In this document: piece by piece, positions 1 through 8,238 of the stretch
Layout of the letters: the number at the start of each line of letters is the position of its first letter
Numbering within the stretch: the first letter of the stretch is position 1
The notes under the pieces: model-generated
Told to the model about the DNA's origin: nothing
Database searches by the model: none
Seen by the model: the letters and a program-made list of their open reading frames with translations, nothing else
Made by a program: the position numbers and the translations under genes
Source: a virus
Lineage: Duplodnaviria; Heunggongvirae; Uroviricota; Caudoviricetes
Virus record (IMG/VR): IMGVR_UViG_3300036819_000070
Length of the DNA: 30,092 bases
Reading direction: 5' to 3' (one strand)

Positions 1-563
1 GTGCCCGCCTGGGGGGCTGTGCGGTGCTGTACGCCCGTGCTGGTCAGACCGAGCGCGCTGGTGCCGCTTTGCGCCGCAGTGCGGTGCTCAACGCTGGTAG
101 CCGACAGACCCAGCGCAGCTGTACCGCCTTGCGGGGCGATCTTCGGTCTGGTGCCGGTGGCGGCGATACCCAGCGCGCTGGTGCCGCCTTGCGCGGCGGT
201 GCGGTGCTGGATTGACGAGCTGGCCAACCCGAGCGCCGTTGTACCGCCTTGCGGTGCCACTTTGCGCCCAGTGCCGGCACTGGTCACGCCTAACGCGCCC
301 AGTGCCTTCTGGGGAGCCGCCTTAACGGCCTTACCGGAGCCAGTGAGACCTAACGCCGCCCTGCCCGCTTCGGCGGTGACGGTCGGGCCCTGGTGAATGA
401 CCTCCAGCACCATCGTGTCATCGCGCGGGCCGGCATCGTCGAGGCTGATAGTGGACGGCAACCACGTACCGAATTTGACGGTATGGATGCCGACTATCGG
501 CGGTGCGATAAGCGATTGACCAGTATGCGCCCGATTCGGACGACTACGCCCTGCCCTAGCCAT
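1..563 (-). CDS. 20-aa tandem-repeat virion/fibre-associated protein (partial, runs off left edge); paralog of 4305..5267
   Basis: Not in ORF track (no stop in window). Manual translation from ATG at 563: MARAGRSRPNRAHTGQSLIAPP..., then 20-aa repeats such as GTTALGLASSSIQHRTAAQG, GTSALGIAATGTRPKIAPQG, GTAALGLSATSVEHRTAAQS. Same N-terminus and repeat as 4305..5267. Confidence 0.8.
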   Translation of the reverse strand, partial: MARAGRSRPNRAHTGQSLIAPPIVGIHTVKFGTWLPSTISLDDAGPRDDTMVLEVIHQGPTVTAEAGRAALGLTGSGKAVKAAPQKALGALGVTSAGTGRKVAPQGGTTALGLASSSIQHRTAAQGGTSALGIAATGTRPKIAPQGGTAALGLSATSVEHRTAAQSGTSALGLTSTGVQHRTAPQAG

Positions 564-603
564 GACGCCTACCCATCTCGCCTAGCTGGATGTCAGACGC
601 AAT

Positions 604-957
604 TTAGGCGTAGGTTTCTCCACTGATCGTCACGGTGATAGCCGAGGCTGTGCCCTGCAACGCGGTGACAAAATCGCCTGTGTTCATGTAAACAACGGTG
701 TCAATTACCGTGGTGCTGTTAGCCGGTATCGACTGCTGCGAGAAGATCTGTTTGTCGATACCGGTGCTGCCACCACTGTTGACCACGGCCAGGGTGATGG
801 TCGCCGCGTTCCCCGTGGTGTTACAGAAAATGAACGAAGTGATTTTCACATCCGTTGACCCAGGGGCCGTATATACGGTGGCACTCCCGGTGCTGGGCTG
901 ACCTCGGTAAAGCACCACCCGGTTGATCGTGGTCACCGTGACTAAATTGACAGCCAT
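604..957 (-). CDS. small beta-rich putative virion structural protein
   Basis: 117-aa ORF co-oriented in the tail cluster; alternating beta-strand pattern (VKITSFIFCNTT...ITLAVV...MNTGDFVTA...ITVTISGE) typical of small phage structural proteins of unknown function. Confidence 0.65.
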   Translation of the reverse strand: MAVNLVTVTTINRVVLYRGQPSTGSATVYTAPGSTDVKITSFIFCNTTGNAATITLAVVNSGGSTGIDKQIFSQQSIPANSTTVIDTVVYMNTGDFVTALQGTASAITVTISGETYA

Positions 958-976
958 GCGTCACGCCTCTCCTGGG

Positions 977-3046
977 TTACGGGTTGGCGCCTTTGAGGAC
1001 TTCCACGATGACGGGAGGCACGATGGTGATCACTTCGGAGGTCCCGGTGGTAACGAAAAACGATAACCAGGTTTGGCCGCCGGAACTGTTGTACGTCACC
1101 GGTGTACCGGTAATAAGACTGACCGCAGCGGCGGTCGCGAACAAACCAACAGCCGAAGCGGTAGTCGCTTTGACGAGGTGGCTTGTCATGACGCTGGTGC
1201 ACGACGCGCCGAGTGTCCCGGCTACCGCAAAGCTGATCTCCTCGACACCGGTGTCCACCGCAGCGGTCGGGGTCCGTGAAACTGAGTTGACGGTGGTGTC
1301 TGCGGTGGTGCCCGCCGTGCCCAGCTTGACGCCAGTGATACGGGCCGAAGAGCCGGCCGCCGTCTTGGACATGGTGAAGCGGCAGCGGACTAACAAACCG
1401 ATTTGGAGCCCTTGCGGCGGGATAGGGATCCTCGCAATAATCGCTGACGTCGCGCTCGCGGTAGTAGTAGTGAGGATCGCCGCGCCATGCTCGTGTACGT
1501 TGATCATCCCGTTGCCGGTCCACACGTACTGCGCGGCGCCCTCTACAGTTGGTAGTGGTGCGCCGTTGCCCATCTGCTGGTTGTAATACTTATTGGGTCC
1601 GGCCGGGAAAGATAATGCGGTGCCAGCATTGTTGACGCCCATGGAGCTGACCCCACCGCCGCCGCTACCGCCGGGATCACCGTCATTGATAATCGTGTTT
1701 CGTGAGGCTAGTCCAGCGGACGTGTTCGAGCCATTGAAACGATATCCAGGCTTGCGCTGGCGGTTACCGTTGGTCTCGGTGACGTTGGATCCGCCGTTAA
1801 TCATTACCTGACGGAAAATGATGTCATCGGAATTAAGAAACTCGACTGCTGCCGGTCCCCACGTGGTGCCGTGCGAGATCTGCACCATATCGATAACGCC
1901 GCAGCATGTGTTAGCCCCGGACGCGCCCGAGAGCTTATAGGCACCACCGTTACCGGGCGTGGCTTCGACTACGAACGCATTTGAATAAGACGCCGGGGCA
2001 TTCACGACTTCTTCCGCTGAGACGGTGCAGCCGGTTAGGGTGGTGCTGCCTCCACCGGCGGTGTAGCGCACCAACACTGGATAGCCCAGGTTGGACATTA
2101 CCCACACATAGCCGGTGGTGCGCAAATTGTTCGCTGCCGCGATCACCATGGATTGTCCGGAAGTGGACCAGGTGAGCGCCGATGAGGTGGTGGTCGGCGT
2201 GGTTGTCGCGGTCGCTGTGTTGTCGATCTGCCGGAAACACATATCCCGGTGGGAAAACCGTGTGGTGTCTTTCGCCTCGGTCGGTGTGCTGCCGATATCG
2301 GTCCAAACGGCCTGGGCTAGAGCATCGCGAACGTAGAAGTTTTCCAGCATGTGAGCGGCGCAGGACACCAATTTCAGGCCGTAGAGGGCCTGGTTTTGGC
2401 CGTTGTTGTAGCAGTCCAACCAGATGTGGCGCAGCGCGACACGCTTGAGATTCTGCACTCCCGTGGGGGCGAAAGTAATCATTGCCTGAAAGGCGGTGCC
2501 GCCATCGGACGACGTTCCCCACCACGCTAACCGCGTACCGCCGAGCGTGGTGTACGCACCGGCGTCCGCTGTGTGGCTACCGCCGACACCCATGAGCTGG
2601 CATGTTTTGTTGAACAGCCAGTTAGTTTGCACACCGTAGGCGTTAGTCTTGCTTTTGCCAAAGAAGACCACAGCCCCGGAGAATGCGGCATTGTTGATGG
2701 TAGACACCAGCAATGCCTCGGCGACGGAGTTATCCGTACCGTAACCCACGCTCGTGTTCGTCACGTTGTTGGTGGTACCCACCGCTAGGGTGACCTGGTT
2801 GGTACTCACGTAAGCCGCGATCGTGGTAGTCAACTGGGCGATATTCGGTGTGGTTCCCGCGCCGCCGAAAGGGATCGTGACGCGCTTACCGACGTCTGCC
2901 GGGGTAAATGGATTGGTACTGTCGGTCATCGCGGTGCCCACGGTGGTAGTCGTACCCAATGTGGCTACATAGTCACCGACGAACCCGAGATCTTTTTGCG
3001 CGTCGTAATAGGCGCCAGACGCCGCCGGAATAGTGAGCAGAGCCAC
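977..3046 (-). CDS. tailspike / pectin-lyase-like beta-helix receptor-binding protein (putative depolymerase)
   Basis: 689 aa. N-terminal FTPADVGKRVTI...LTTTIAAYVSTNQVTL segment is of the kind that precedes beta-helix domains in tailspikes. Beta-helix-like rungs follow (GAVVFFG, CQLMGVGG, ALRHIWLDC, YGLKLVSC, MLENFYVRD, DIIFRQVMING); G/T/A/N-rich; separate C-terminal beta domain. Confidence 0.7.
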   Translation of the reverse strand: MALLTIPAASGAYYDAQKDLGFVGDYVATLGTTTTVGTAMTDSTNPFTPADVGKRVTIPFGGAGTTPNIAQLTTTIAAYVSTNQVTLAVGTTNNVTNTSVGYGTDNSVAEALLVSTINNAAFSGAVVFFGKSKTNAYGVQTNWLFNKTCQLMGVGGSHTADAGAYTTLGGTRLAWWGTSSDGGTAFQAMITFAPTGVQNLKRVALRHIWLDCYNNGQNQALYGLKLVSCAAHMLENFYVRDALAQAVWTDIGSTPTEAKDTTRFSHRDMCFRQIDNTATATTTPTTTSSALTWSTSGQSMVIAAANNLRTTGYVWVMSNLGYPVLVRYTAGGGSTTLTGCTVSAEEVVNAPASYSNAFVVEATPGNGGAYKLSGASGANTCCGVIDMVQISHGTTWGPAAVEFLNSDDIIFRQVMINGGSNVTETNGNRQRKPGYRFNGSNTSAGLASRNTIINDGDPGGSGGGGVSSMGVNNAGTALSFPAGPNKYYNQQMGNGAPLPTVEGAAQYVWTGNGMINVHEHGAAILTTTTASATSAIIARIPIPPQGLQIGLLVRCRFTMSKTAAGSSARITGVKLGTAGTTADTTVNSVSRTPTAAVDTGVEEISFAVAGTLGASCTSVMTSHLVKATTASAVGLFATAAAVSLITGTPVTYNSSGGQTWLSFFVTTGTSEVITIVPPVIVEVLKGANP

Positions 3047-3062
3047 GCCGCGGTCCCCTTTA

Positions 3063-3566
3063 TCACTCCGTGTAAAGAATGTAGGCTAAACAGTTGACTG
3101 TGGTGCCGGCGGTGATGCGGATGCGCCCGAATTTGCCCGCACGAATCACGAACTCATACCCTAAAATCCAGTCGTAAATAAATTGGTTAGTCGGCTGGAT
3201 TAGCTGCGCGTCGCCCATTCTGATGGCGGTGATGGTGCCTTCCGCACCAGCGCCGAACCCGGTAAGAGCCGTCCCCAGCTGGCACAGGGAGTTGGCGCCA
3301 CCGGGGTTATTGATGTTCACCAATCCCGCTTGGACATGAGCCGTCAGCGAGGTCGCGGCCACATCGGTTTCGCACAGCTCACACACAATGGACGTAGCCG
3401 CTGCGCTACCGTCAAAAGACACTCCCCAACCTAGGACCGCTACGTCCTTGTTGGTCGGGGGCGCGATCTGGATATGGGTTTTGATGGCCGTACCGGTGGC
3501 CAGTTTGGCGATAGCTGCCGTGGTGGGCATAGCCGCGTTAAAGACCTTGTAGACGTTAACGGCCAC
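3063..3566 (-). CDS. putative virion structural protein (beta-sandwich)
   Basis: 167-aa ORF with RBS (AGGGGAG) in the tail cluster; beta-rich composition. Confidence 0.65.
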   Translation of the reverse strand: MAVNVYKVFNAAMPTTAAIAKLATGTAIKTHIQIAPPTNKDVAVLGWGVSFDGSAAATSIVCELCETDVAATSLTAHVQAGLVNINNPGGANSLCQLGTALTGFGAGAEGTITAIRMGDAQLIQPTNQFIYDWILGYEFVIRAGKFGRIRITAGTTVNCLAYILYTE

Positions 3567-3624
3567 GGGGTCTCCCCTCTAGTAGTTTGCCGACCGCCGT
3601 AGCGCTTTTTACGATCGATATGAA

Positions 3625-4296
3625 TTACATGGTGGTGGCGTCGAGGATCAGCGCGGCTGCGGCGACAGTGATCTGCCCTTGGCTGGCAAATACTTCCGGC
3701 ACCACACGTTGCCAAAAGAACGCACCTGACCCGAGGACGGTCGGGACGATCGCCGCGCCACCAGAGGTAGCAGAGAGCTGGAAAGTGTTAGTGGCGGAAC
3801 CGACAACGAAGTAGATAGTGCCTTCGGTGAGACCGGTTGACAATGCGGTCCCGAACTCGTTGTAGATAATGACCCGGTCGGTGTTGGCCATGCCGTGCGC
3901 GACGGAGAAGTAGTCAGCGTTAGACAGGGTCGGGTCAACCGAGGCGAAACCTTTCAACGGGGTGGTCCCGCCGAATGGAATGTAGCCGAGATACTGGGTG
4001 CCGCTGTTACCGGTCAGGGCATTCCACAAACCGAAATACGCGTACGTGCCGGCCGCGACATCGAACGTGAAAGTGCCTGTATTCGATTTCTGGCCAGCTG
4101 AGGCGGCGCCCCAGGTGGCGGCTTTTCGGGCGTAGGCCGGTGAGCCACCGGTCGCCTCAGTGCCACCAGCGGTCAAGGTAGTGCCGGGGTCACCGCTGGA
4201 TTGGTGAACGCCGACGAAAGTGATGGGCCCCGCGCCGGCAGCGGTCTCATCGAGAGCATCCAGTGCCGCGTTCCAAGCTGTAGCGTTAAAAGGCAT
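3625..4296 (-). CDS. tail fibre-associated protein with inserted small beta-barrel domain
   Basis: 223 aa. GGSPAYARKAATW...FTFDVAAGTYAYFGLWNA and C-terminal PEVFASQGQITV..ALILD resemble a widespread phage tail-fibre adaptor fold. The internal AHGMANTDRV...GLTEGTIYFVV...TFQLSATSGGAAI segment resembles a small module recurrent in fibres. Confidence 0.65.
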   Translation of the reverse strand: MPFNATAWNAALDALDETAAGAGPITFVGVHQSSGDPGTTLTAGGTEATGGSPAYARKAATWGAASAGQKSNTGTFTFDVAAGTYAYFGLWNALTGNSGTQYLGYIPFGGTTPLKGFASVDPTLSNADYFSVAHGMANTDRVIIYNEFGTALSTGLTEGTIYFVVGSATNTFQLSATSGGAAIVPTVLGSGAFFWQRVVPEVFASQGQITVAAAALILDATTM

Positions 4297-4304
4297 TCCT
4301 GCTC

Positions 4305-5267
4305 CTAGATGAGGTTCACGGTCGCTATGGTGTTATTGGTGAGTTCGGTGTCCGCGAGGTCGCTATGGGTGAGGACCACTGAAAGGGCCCTCGGTGGCCA
4401 CGGCCGGGCGGGTGGGAAAAACTTGATTCCGGTCCCGATCCCGGTAATGGCCAGCGCGACCAGCGCGCCAGTAGCGACGGTTTTGCGTGCAGCGCCGGTA
4501 TCCGACAATCCGACCGTGCACACCCCGCCGGTTATCGCAACCTTGCGAATGCCGGCGGTCCCGACAAGACCGAGATAAATACGGCCCGCATTACCGAGGT
4601 CGGTGTGTGCGGTAGCCAGGCCGATGAAGCAACGGCCCGCGTTAGCGGACAACTTCCGGGCGATGCCGGTAGCCGTCGCACCGAGCGGCCCGGTACCCGA
4701 CTGGGGGGTTTTCTTGCTCGCGGTGGACGCGGCACTGAGTCCGGCCGCGCTCGCGCCCGCTTCGGGTGCGTGTTTGCTGCCAGTGCCGGTACCGGTGAGC
4801 CCGGCCACCACCCGACCCGCTTCGGCGGTGTGCTTGCTCGCGGTACCAGCGGTGGCGAAACCCAGCGCGGTGGTCCCGGTTTGGCTGACGACCTTGCGTG
4901 CCGTCGAGCTGGTCGACAAACCCAGCGGACCCGTGCCGAGGCCCTTAGCTGTCTTGTGCTGGCTAGCCGTCGAGGTGAGGCCCACGGCTGCGGCACCAGT
5001 GGGCAGTGCCCGCTGAACACTGGTGCCCTTGGCGGTCAGGCCCAGGGCGCTGCTGCCCGTGTGTGGTGCGGCCTTGCTCGCGGTGCCGGTGGTGGCGAGG
5101 CCCAGTGCGCTGGTGCCGGCCTGGGCGACGACCTTGCTTCCGGTGGCTGTGGTGGCCAACCCCAACACGGCGACGCCGACCGCCGCCTGAATGGCTGGTG
5201 GTGCAACAGCAGCTCCGCTACTACTAATATGCGCCCGGTTAGGGAAGCTGCGGCCTGCTCTAGCCAC
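4305..5267 (-). CDS. 20-aa tandem-repeat virion/fibre-associated protein
   Basis: 320 aa; starts MARAGRSFPNRAH; about 12-13 repeats of G-x-x-(A/P)-LGL-x-x-x-(G/S)-T-x-x-K-x-x-x-x-x (e.g. GTSALGLATTGTASKAAPHT). Confidence 0.8.
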   Translation of the reverse strand: MARAGRSFPNRAHISSSGAAVAPPAIQAAVGVAVLGLATTATGSKVVAQAGTSALGLATTGTASKAAPHTGSSALGLTAKGTSVQRALPTGAAAVGLTSTASQHKTAKGLGTGPLGLSTSSTARKVVSQTGTTALGFATAGTASKHTAEAGRVVAGLTGTGTGSKHAPEAGASAAGLSAASTASKKTPQSGTGPLGATATGIARKLSANAGRCFIGLATAHTDLGNAGRIYLGLVGTAGIRKVAITGGVCTVGLSDTGAARKTVATGALVALAITGIGTGIKFFPPARPWPPRALSVVLTHSDLADTELTNNTIATVNLI

Positions 5268-5321
5268 ACCGCCTCCCTATTCAGTTCTTACTGTGGCGCA
5301 GCGTCATTCGGCGTACCTTTA

Positions 5322-6020
5322 TCAGTAGACTGTTGAGCGCCGTAGCGCCTTATTCACCAGTAAAGATAGAGGTGCAATACCGAGTGGCTGCAATTCGACC
5401 GCTGCCATGGTCCACGTGCGACCTGTAGGAGCTGAAACCCCAACGCTTTTTGTGCCTGCCGCACCCACGCTGAGGTAATGGGCCCCGTCGAGGGTCGCGG
5501 AGCTGGAATCCGACATCGTGGTATCGACGGCGACAGCGCCAGCTGTAGTGAGATATGTACGTGCGGTTGACACACCATTAAAGTCATTCAGCACCACAAC
5601 AACACAGGAGTTAGTTGCGCCCGTGGTGATACTAAGAGCCCCAGTGGAACTTGGTGTGGCACTCGTGGACGTTCCAACGGCGCCCACTCCAGAAAACACG
5701 TAAATAGCGAACCCGTAATTGACTAAGTTGGTGTTAGACGTGCAACTAACAGACGGAGTACCGCCAGCGGTAATGGTCGCGGTCCATAGAGATGTGTTGT
5801 TAAATGCTGAGTTGGTCGCGTCGACCAATAACTGTCGGCCGGTAACAACCAGCCCAGTGCCGCTGACAGTGAAAGTCTGCGTAGCATTTGCATTATCATT
5901 AGCGGCTACAAGAACCAGTACGTTACCGATCGCTACCGTAGGCGTCAGGGACTGGACGCCTGAACCGCCGCCAGTACCGAAGTTGACGGTATCGTATTTG
6001 TTTACCAACGCGATAGCCAT
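5322..6020 (-). CDS. putative carbohydrate-binding/adhesin-like virion protein
   Basis: 232 aa, T/S/G/A/V-rich beta protein (IGNVLVLVAAND..., WTMAAVELQP) similar in style to the insert in 9438..10844; basic C-terminal tail LLVNKALRRSTVY. Confidence 0.6.
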   Translation of the reverse strand: MAIALVNKYDTVNFGTGGGSGVQSLTPTVAIGNVLVLVAANDNANATQTFTVSGTGLVVTGRQLLVDATNSAFNNTSLWTATITAGGTPSVSCTSNTNLVNYGFAIYVFSGVGAVGTSTSATPSSTGALSITTGATNSCVVVVLNDFNGVSTARTYLTTAGAVAVDTTMSDSSSATLDGAHYLSVGAAGTKSVGVSAPTGRTWTMAAVELQPLGIAPLSLLVNKALRRSTVY

Positions 6021-6035
6021 CAGCCACCCCCAGAG

Positions 6036-6461
6036 TTAGTGGTCAATAGCCTCGAACGAAACCTCATAAACCTCATCGATAATGCGTTCCACATAGCCGG
6101 TGATCGGGTCGGTTAGCTCCGCTTGGATGACAACCAGGGGGCAACGCCAGTTCAGGGTTTGTGTGGGTGTGACGTGCAGCTGAACCTGGTCGGTAACAGC
6201 GCCGCCGGCTACCGCTTCGCCTTGGGTACCGGTGGGAGTGGTGGACCACTCCGCGACGATCGGGTTGTACAGGCGGTACCGGTAAGGCACCGACTGTCTA
6301 CCGAGGACAACCCGTTCGTAACGGGCCCTGGCCACGGCGTGCACGGAACACCCGGTGACGTCCATGGAAAGACCGGTACGAACATTGATAATGCTGTTCG
6401 CCTCGATCCAGCAGTCGACACCTTGTCTAATGACGCCACCAGCGCCGGTGTGCGGGGCCAT
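6036..6461 (-). CDS. baseplate-upper (BppU N-terminal-like) adaptor protein
   Basis: 141 aa; the pattern IRQGVD...MDVTGCSVHAVAR...VQLHVTPTQT..W....IQAELTDP..GYVERII resembles fibre-anchoring adaptor domains; sits at the head of the fibre cluster. Confidence 0.5.
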   Translation of the reverse strand: MAPHTGAGGVIRQGVDCWIEANSIINVRTGLSMDVTGCSVHAVARARYERVVLGRQSVPYRYRLYNPIVAEWSTTPTGTQGEAVAGGAVTDQVQLHVTPTQTLNWRCPLVVIQAELTDPITGYVERIIDEVYEVSFEAIDH

Positions 6462-6970
6462 CAGAAGTCGCCGATAATGGTTGACGGGCCGAGGTTCGTA
6501 ACAGTGATCGAGGTGGCGACAGCTGCGTTAATGTTGCCCGTGCCAGCCTGCCGGATCATGGTGCCGGCGAAATAATCCAATTCGGCGGTAGTCGTTTTGT
6601 ACAGCACCGATAAGTGGCCGTGGTTGATACCCGGCGACACGTACACACCGAACGCGATGTCCTCAGCGAGAATGGTGCCGGACACACTCGTCAACCGGAT
6701 TTTCATATCAACATCTGTCGCGGCCACGCTCACCGTGAAACACGCGAAGAAGTCAATAAGAAAGACACTGTTCGCGGCCATCGACAGGGTTTGTGTATCG
6801 ACCACGATCGTTTCGATGGTGACAATGTTGGAGCTGGGCCCGGTTCGCCGCTTGCCACCGAGAATGCCTAGGCCGTCGATCGCCTGGGCGAGGTTGCCGA
6901 CCGCCAACGGGCCACTCGGGAGATCCGCCAATGCGGGGTACGGCAAGCCGAGTTTAGACGTGTTCGGCAT
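6461..6970 (-). CDS. minor tail protein
   Basis: 169 aa; N-terminus MPNTSKLGLPYPALADLPSGPLAVGNLAQAID is a typical actinophage minor-tail/fibre anchor motif. Confidence 0.7.
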   Translation of the reverse strand: MPNTSKLGLPYPALADLPSGPLAVGNLAQAIDGLGILGGKRRTGPSSNIVTIETIVVDTQTLSMAANSVFLIDFFACFTVSVAATDVDMKIRLTSVSGTILAEDIAFGVYVSPGINHGHLSVLYKTTTAELDYFAGTMIRQAGTGNINAAVATSITVTNLGPSTIIGDF

Positions 6971-6978
6971 GCGCTACC

Positions 6979-8220
6979 TCATATCGAATAGGTGACTTGA
7001 ATGTAAGGCCGGGTTGAGGCGCCGAAACCGAACCCCCGGAAACCGGTAGCCGAGTCCGAGAAGTTGTACGAGCCACCGAGTACGCTGTTTGCGTTATTCG
7101 TCAAGATGTTGACCATTTGCGAAGAAATGTCGAAGCCGGCCCAACCGGGAATGCTCCAGAGGTTCTTGATGTCCTGGCCGCCAAACCCGTTAGTGGGCCA
7201 GGTAGCGGCGATGGTGGACGTCGTGCTCCATTGGTAAGTCAAGTCCGCTGGACTGGACGACGCAGCGAAGGCGTTGAGGAACATTTCGGCGGAAAGGATC
7301 GTCGCGCCGGCGAGGTCCGTTCGCATCGTCGCACCGGGGAAAGTCCACATGTGTTCTTCGTTGCCGAATGAACGTCCGGACAGCGACCAGGTGTACATAT
7401 TGTTGTCCTGGTCGGTGCCACCAATAGGGTTCCCGCTGTGGTCGTAAGAACGCGACCCGGTAGCCGTGTAAACCTTGATAAACGTGTTAGCGCCACCGAA
7501 GCTGCCCAGCTCTGAAATGCGCAGCCACGATCCTTGCTGTAACGAACCTGCGGTGGTCCCGCTGTCCAACGCGACGCGGAGCTGCAACAGTCCCGGTGTG
7601 TCCGTCGTCGCGAACCAGCCAGCTGGGCGGCACATCGTTGGGGTAGTCCCCAACCCTTGGATCGTTTGCGGACTGGTATCGCCGTAACCCACCACCACAT
7701 CAGTGAGAATCTCGTTCAGAGTGGCGTTACTCAATCCGTGCATGCTCCATTTGACGGCCATGTTCGCCGGACCGGTCCACGCGAACTTAATGTCGTTCGA
7801 GGTCGTTGAGATGTACGACAATGCCCCGTCTATCGCGTACTGAGTGTTTTCGTTCACGAGAAAATTGAGTAGGCCGGCGTCGGCGAAGGTCGTATTAGGC
7901 AAACTAATATCGCCGGGGAGCGCGCGGTACCTAATCGGGTCGATCAAAGTGACCGCCGACGCGGTACCCAGCATTCCCATAACGATGTAGCCGGCCGGGC
8001 CTTTGGCCAGTAATACCGTGCCTTCTGTCAGACCGTTCGGCGAGACTACCGGCAGATTCCGGTAAGTGACTGGCCCGACTAACACGGTGTTCGCGAAAGA
8101 AACCGCGTCCCATTGGGTCATCACACCACCAACCCAGTCCTGCGCCAGCGTCGGATCTGGTGGCACAGAACTGGGGGTAATAAACAATCGGGTCAGGCTA
8201 AACGCATCGGGAACGGTCAT
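6979..8220 (-). CDS. minor tail protein (tail-tip, multi-domain)
   Basis: 413 aa directly after the hub gene; N-terminal GVMTQWD...NTVLVG...YRNLPVV...TVLL...YIVMG segment typical of post-hub tail-tip proteins, followed by two beta domains. Confidence 0.7.
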   Translation of the reverse strand: MTVPDAFSLTRLFITPSSVPPDPTLAQDWVGGVMTQWDAVSFANTVLVGPVTYRNLPVVSPNGLTEGTVLLAKGPAGYIVMGMLGTASAVTLIDPIRYRALPGDISLPNTTFADAGLLNFLVNENTQYAIDGALSYISTTSNDIKFAWTGPANMAVKWSMHGLSNATLNEILTDVVVGYGDTSPQTIQGLGTTPTMCRPAGWFATTDTPGLLQLRVALDSGTTAGSLQQGSWLRISELGSFGGANTFIKVYTATGSRSYDHSGNPIGGTDQDNNMYTWSLSGRSFGNEEHMWTFPGATMRTDLAGATILSAEMFLNAFAASSSPADLTYQWSTTSTIAATWPTNGFGGQDIKNLWSIPGWAGFDISSQMVNILTNNANSVLGGSYNFSDSATGFRGFGFGASTRPYIQVTYSI

Positions 8221-8238
8221 GCGTCAAATGGCCCTTCG

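Noticed and set aside
1-396. Plus-strand 131-aa repeat ORF in the track
   Set aside because: Antisense shadow of the minus-strand 20-aa-repeat gene starting at 563, which has a clear paralog.
977-8220. Diversity-generating retroelement target in fibre genes
   Set aside because: No reverse transcriptase and no TR/VR pair differing at adenines was noticed in the window.
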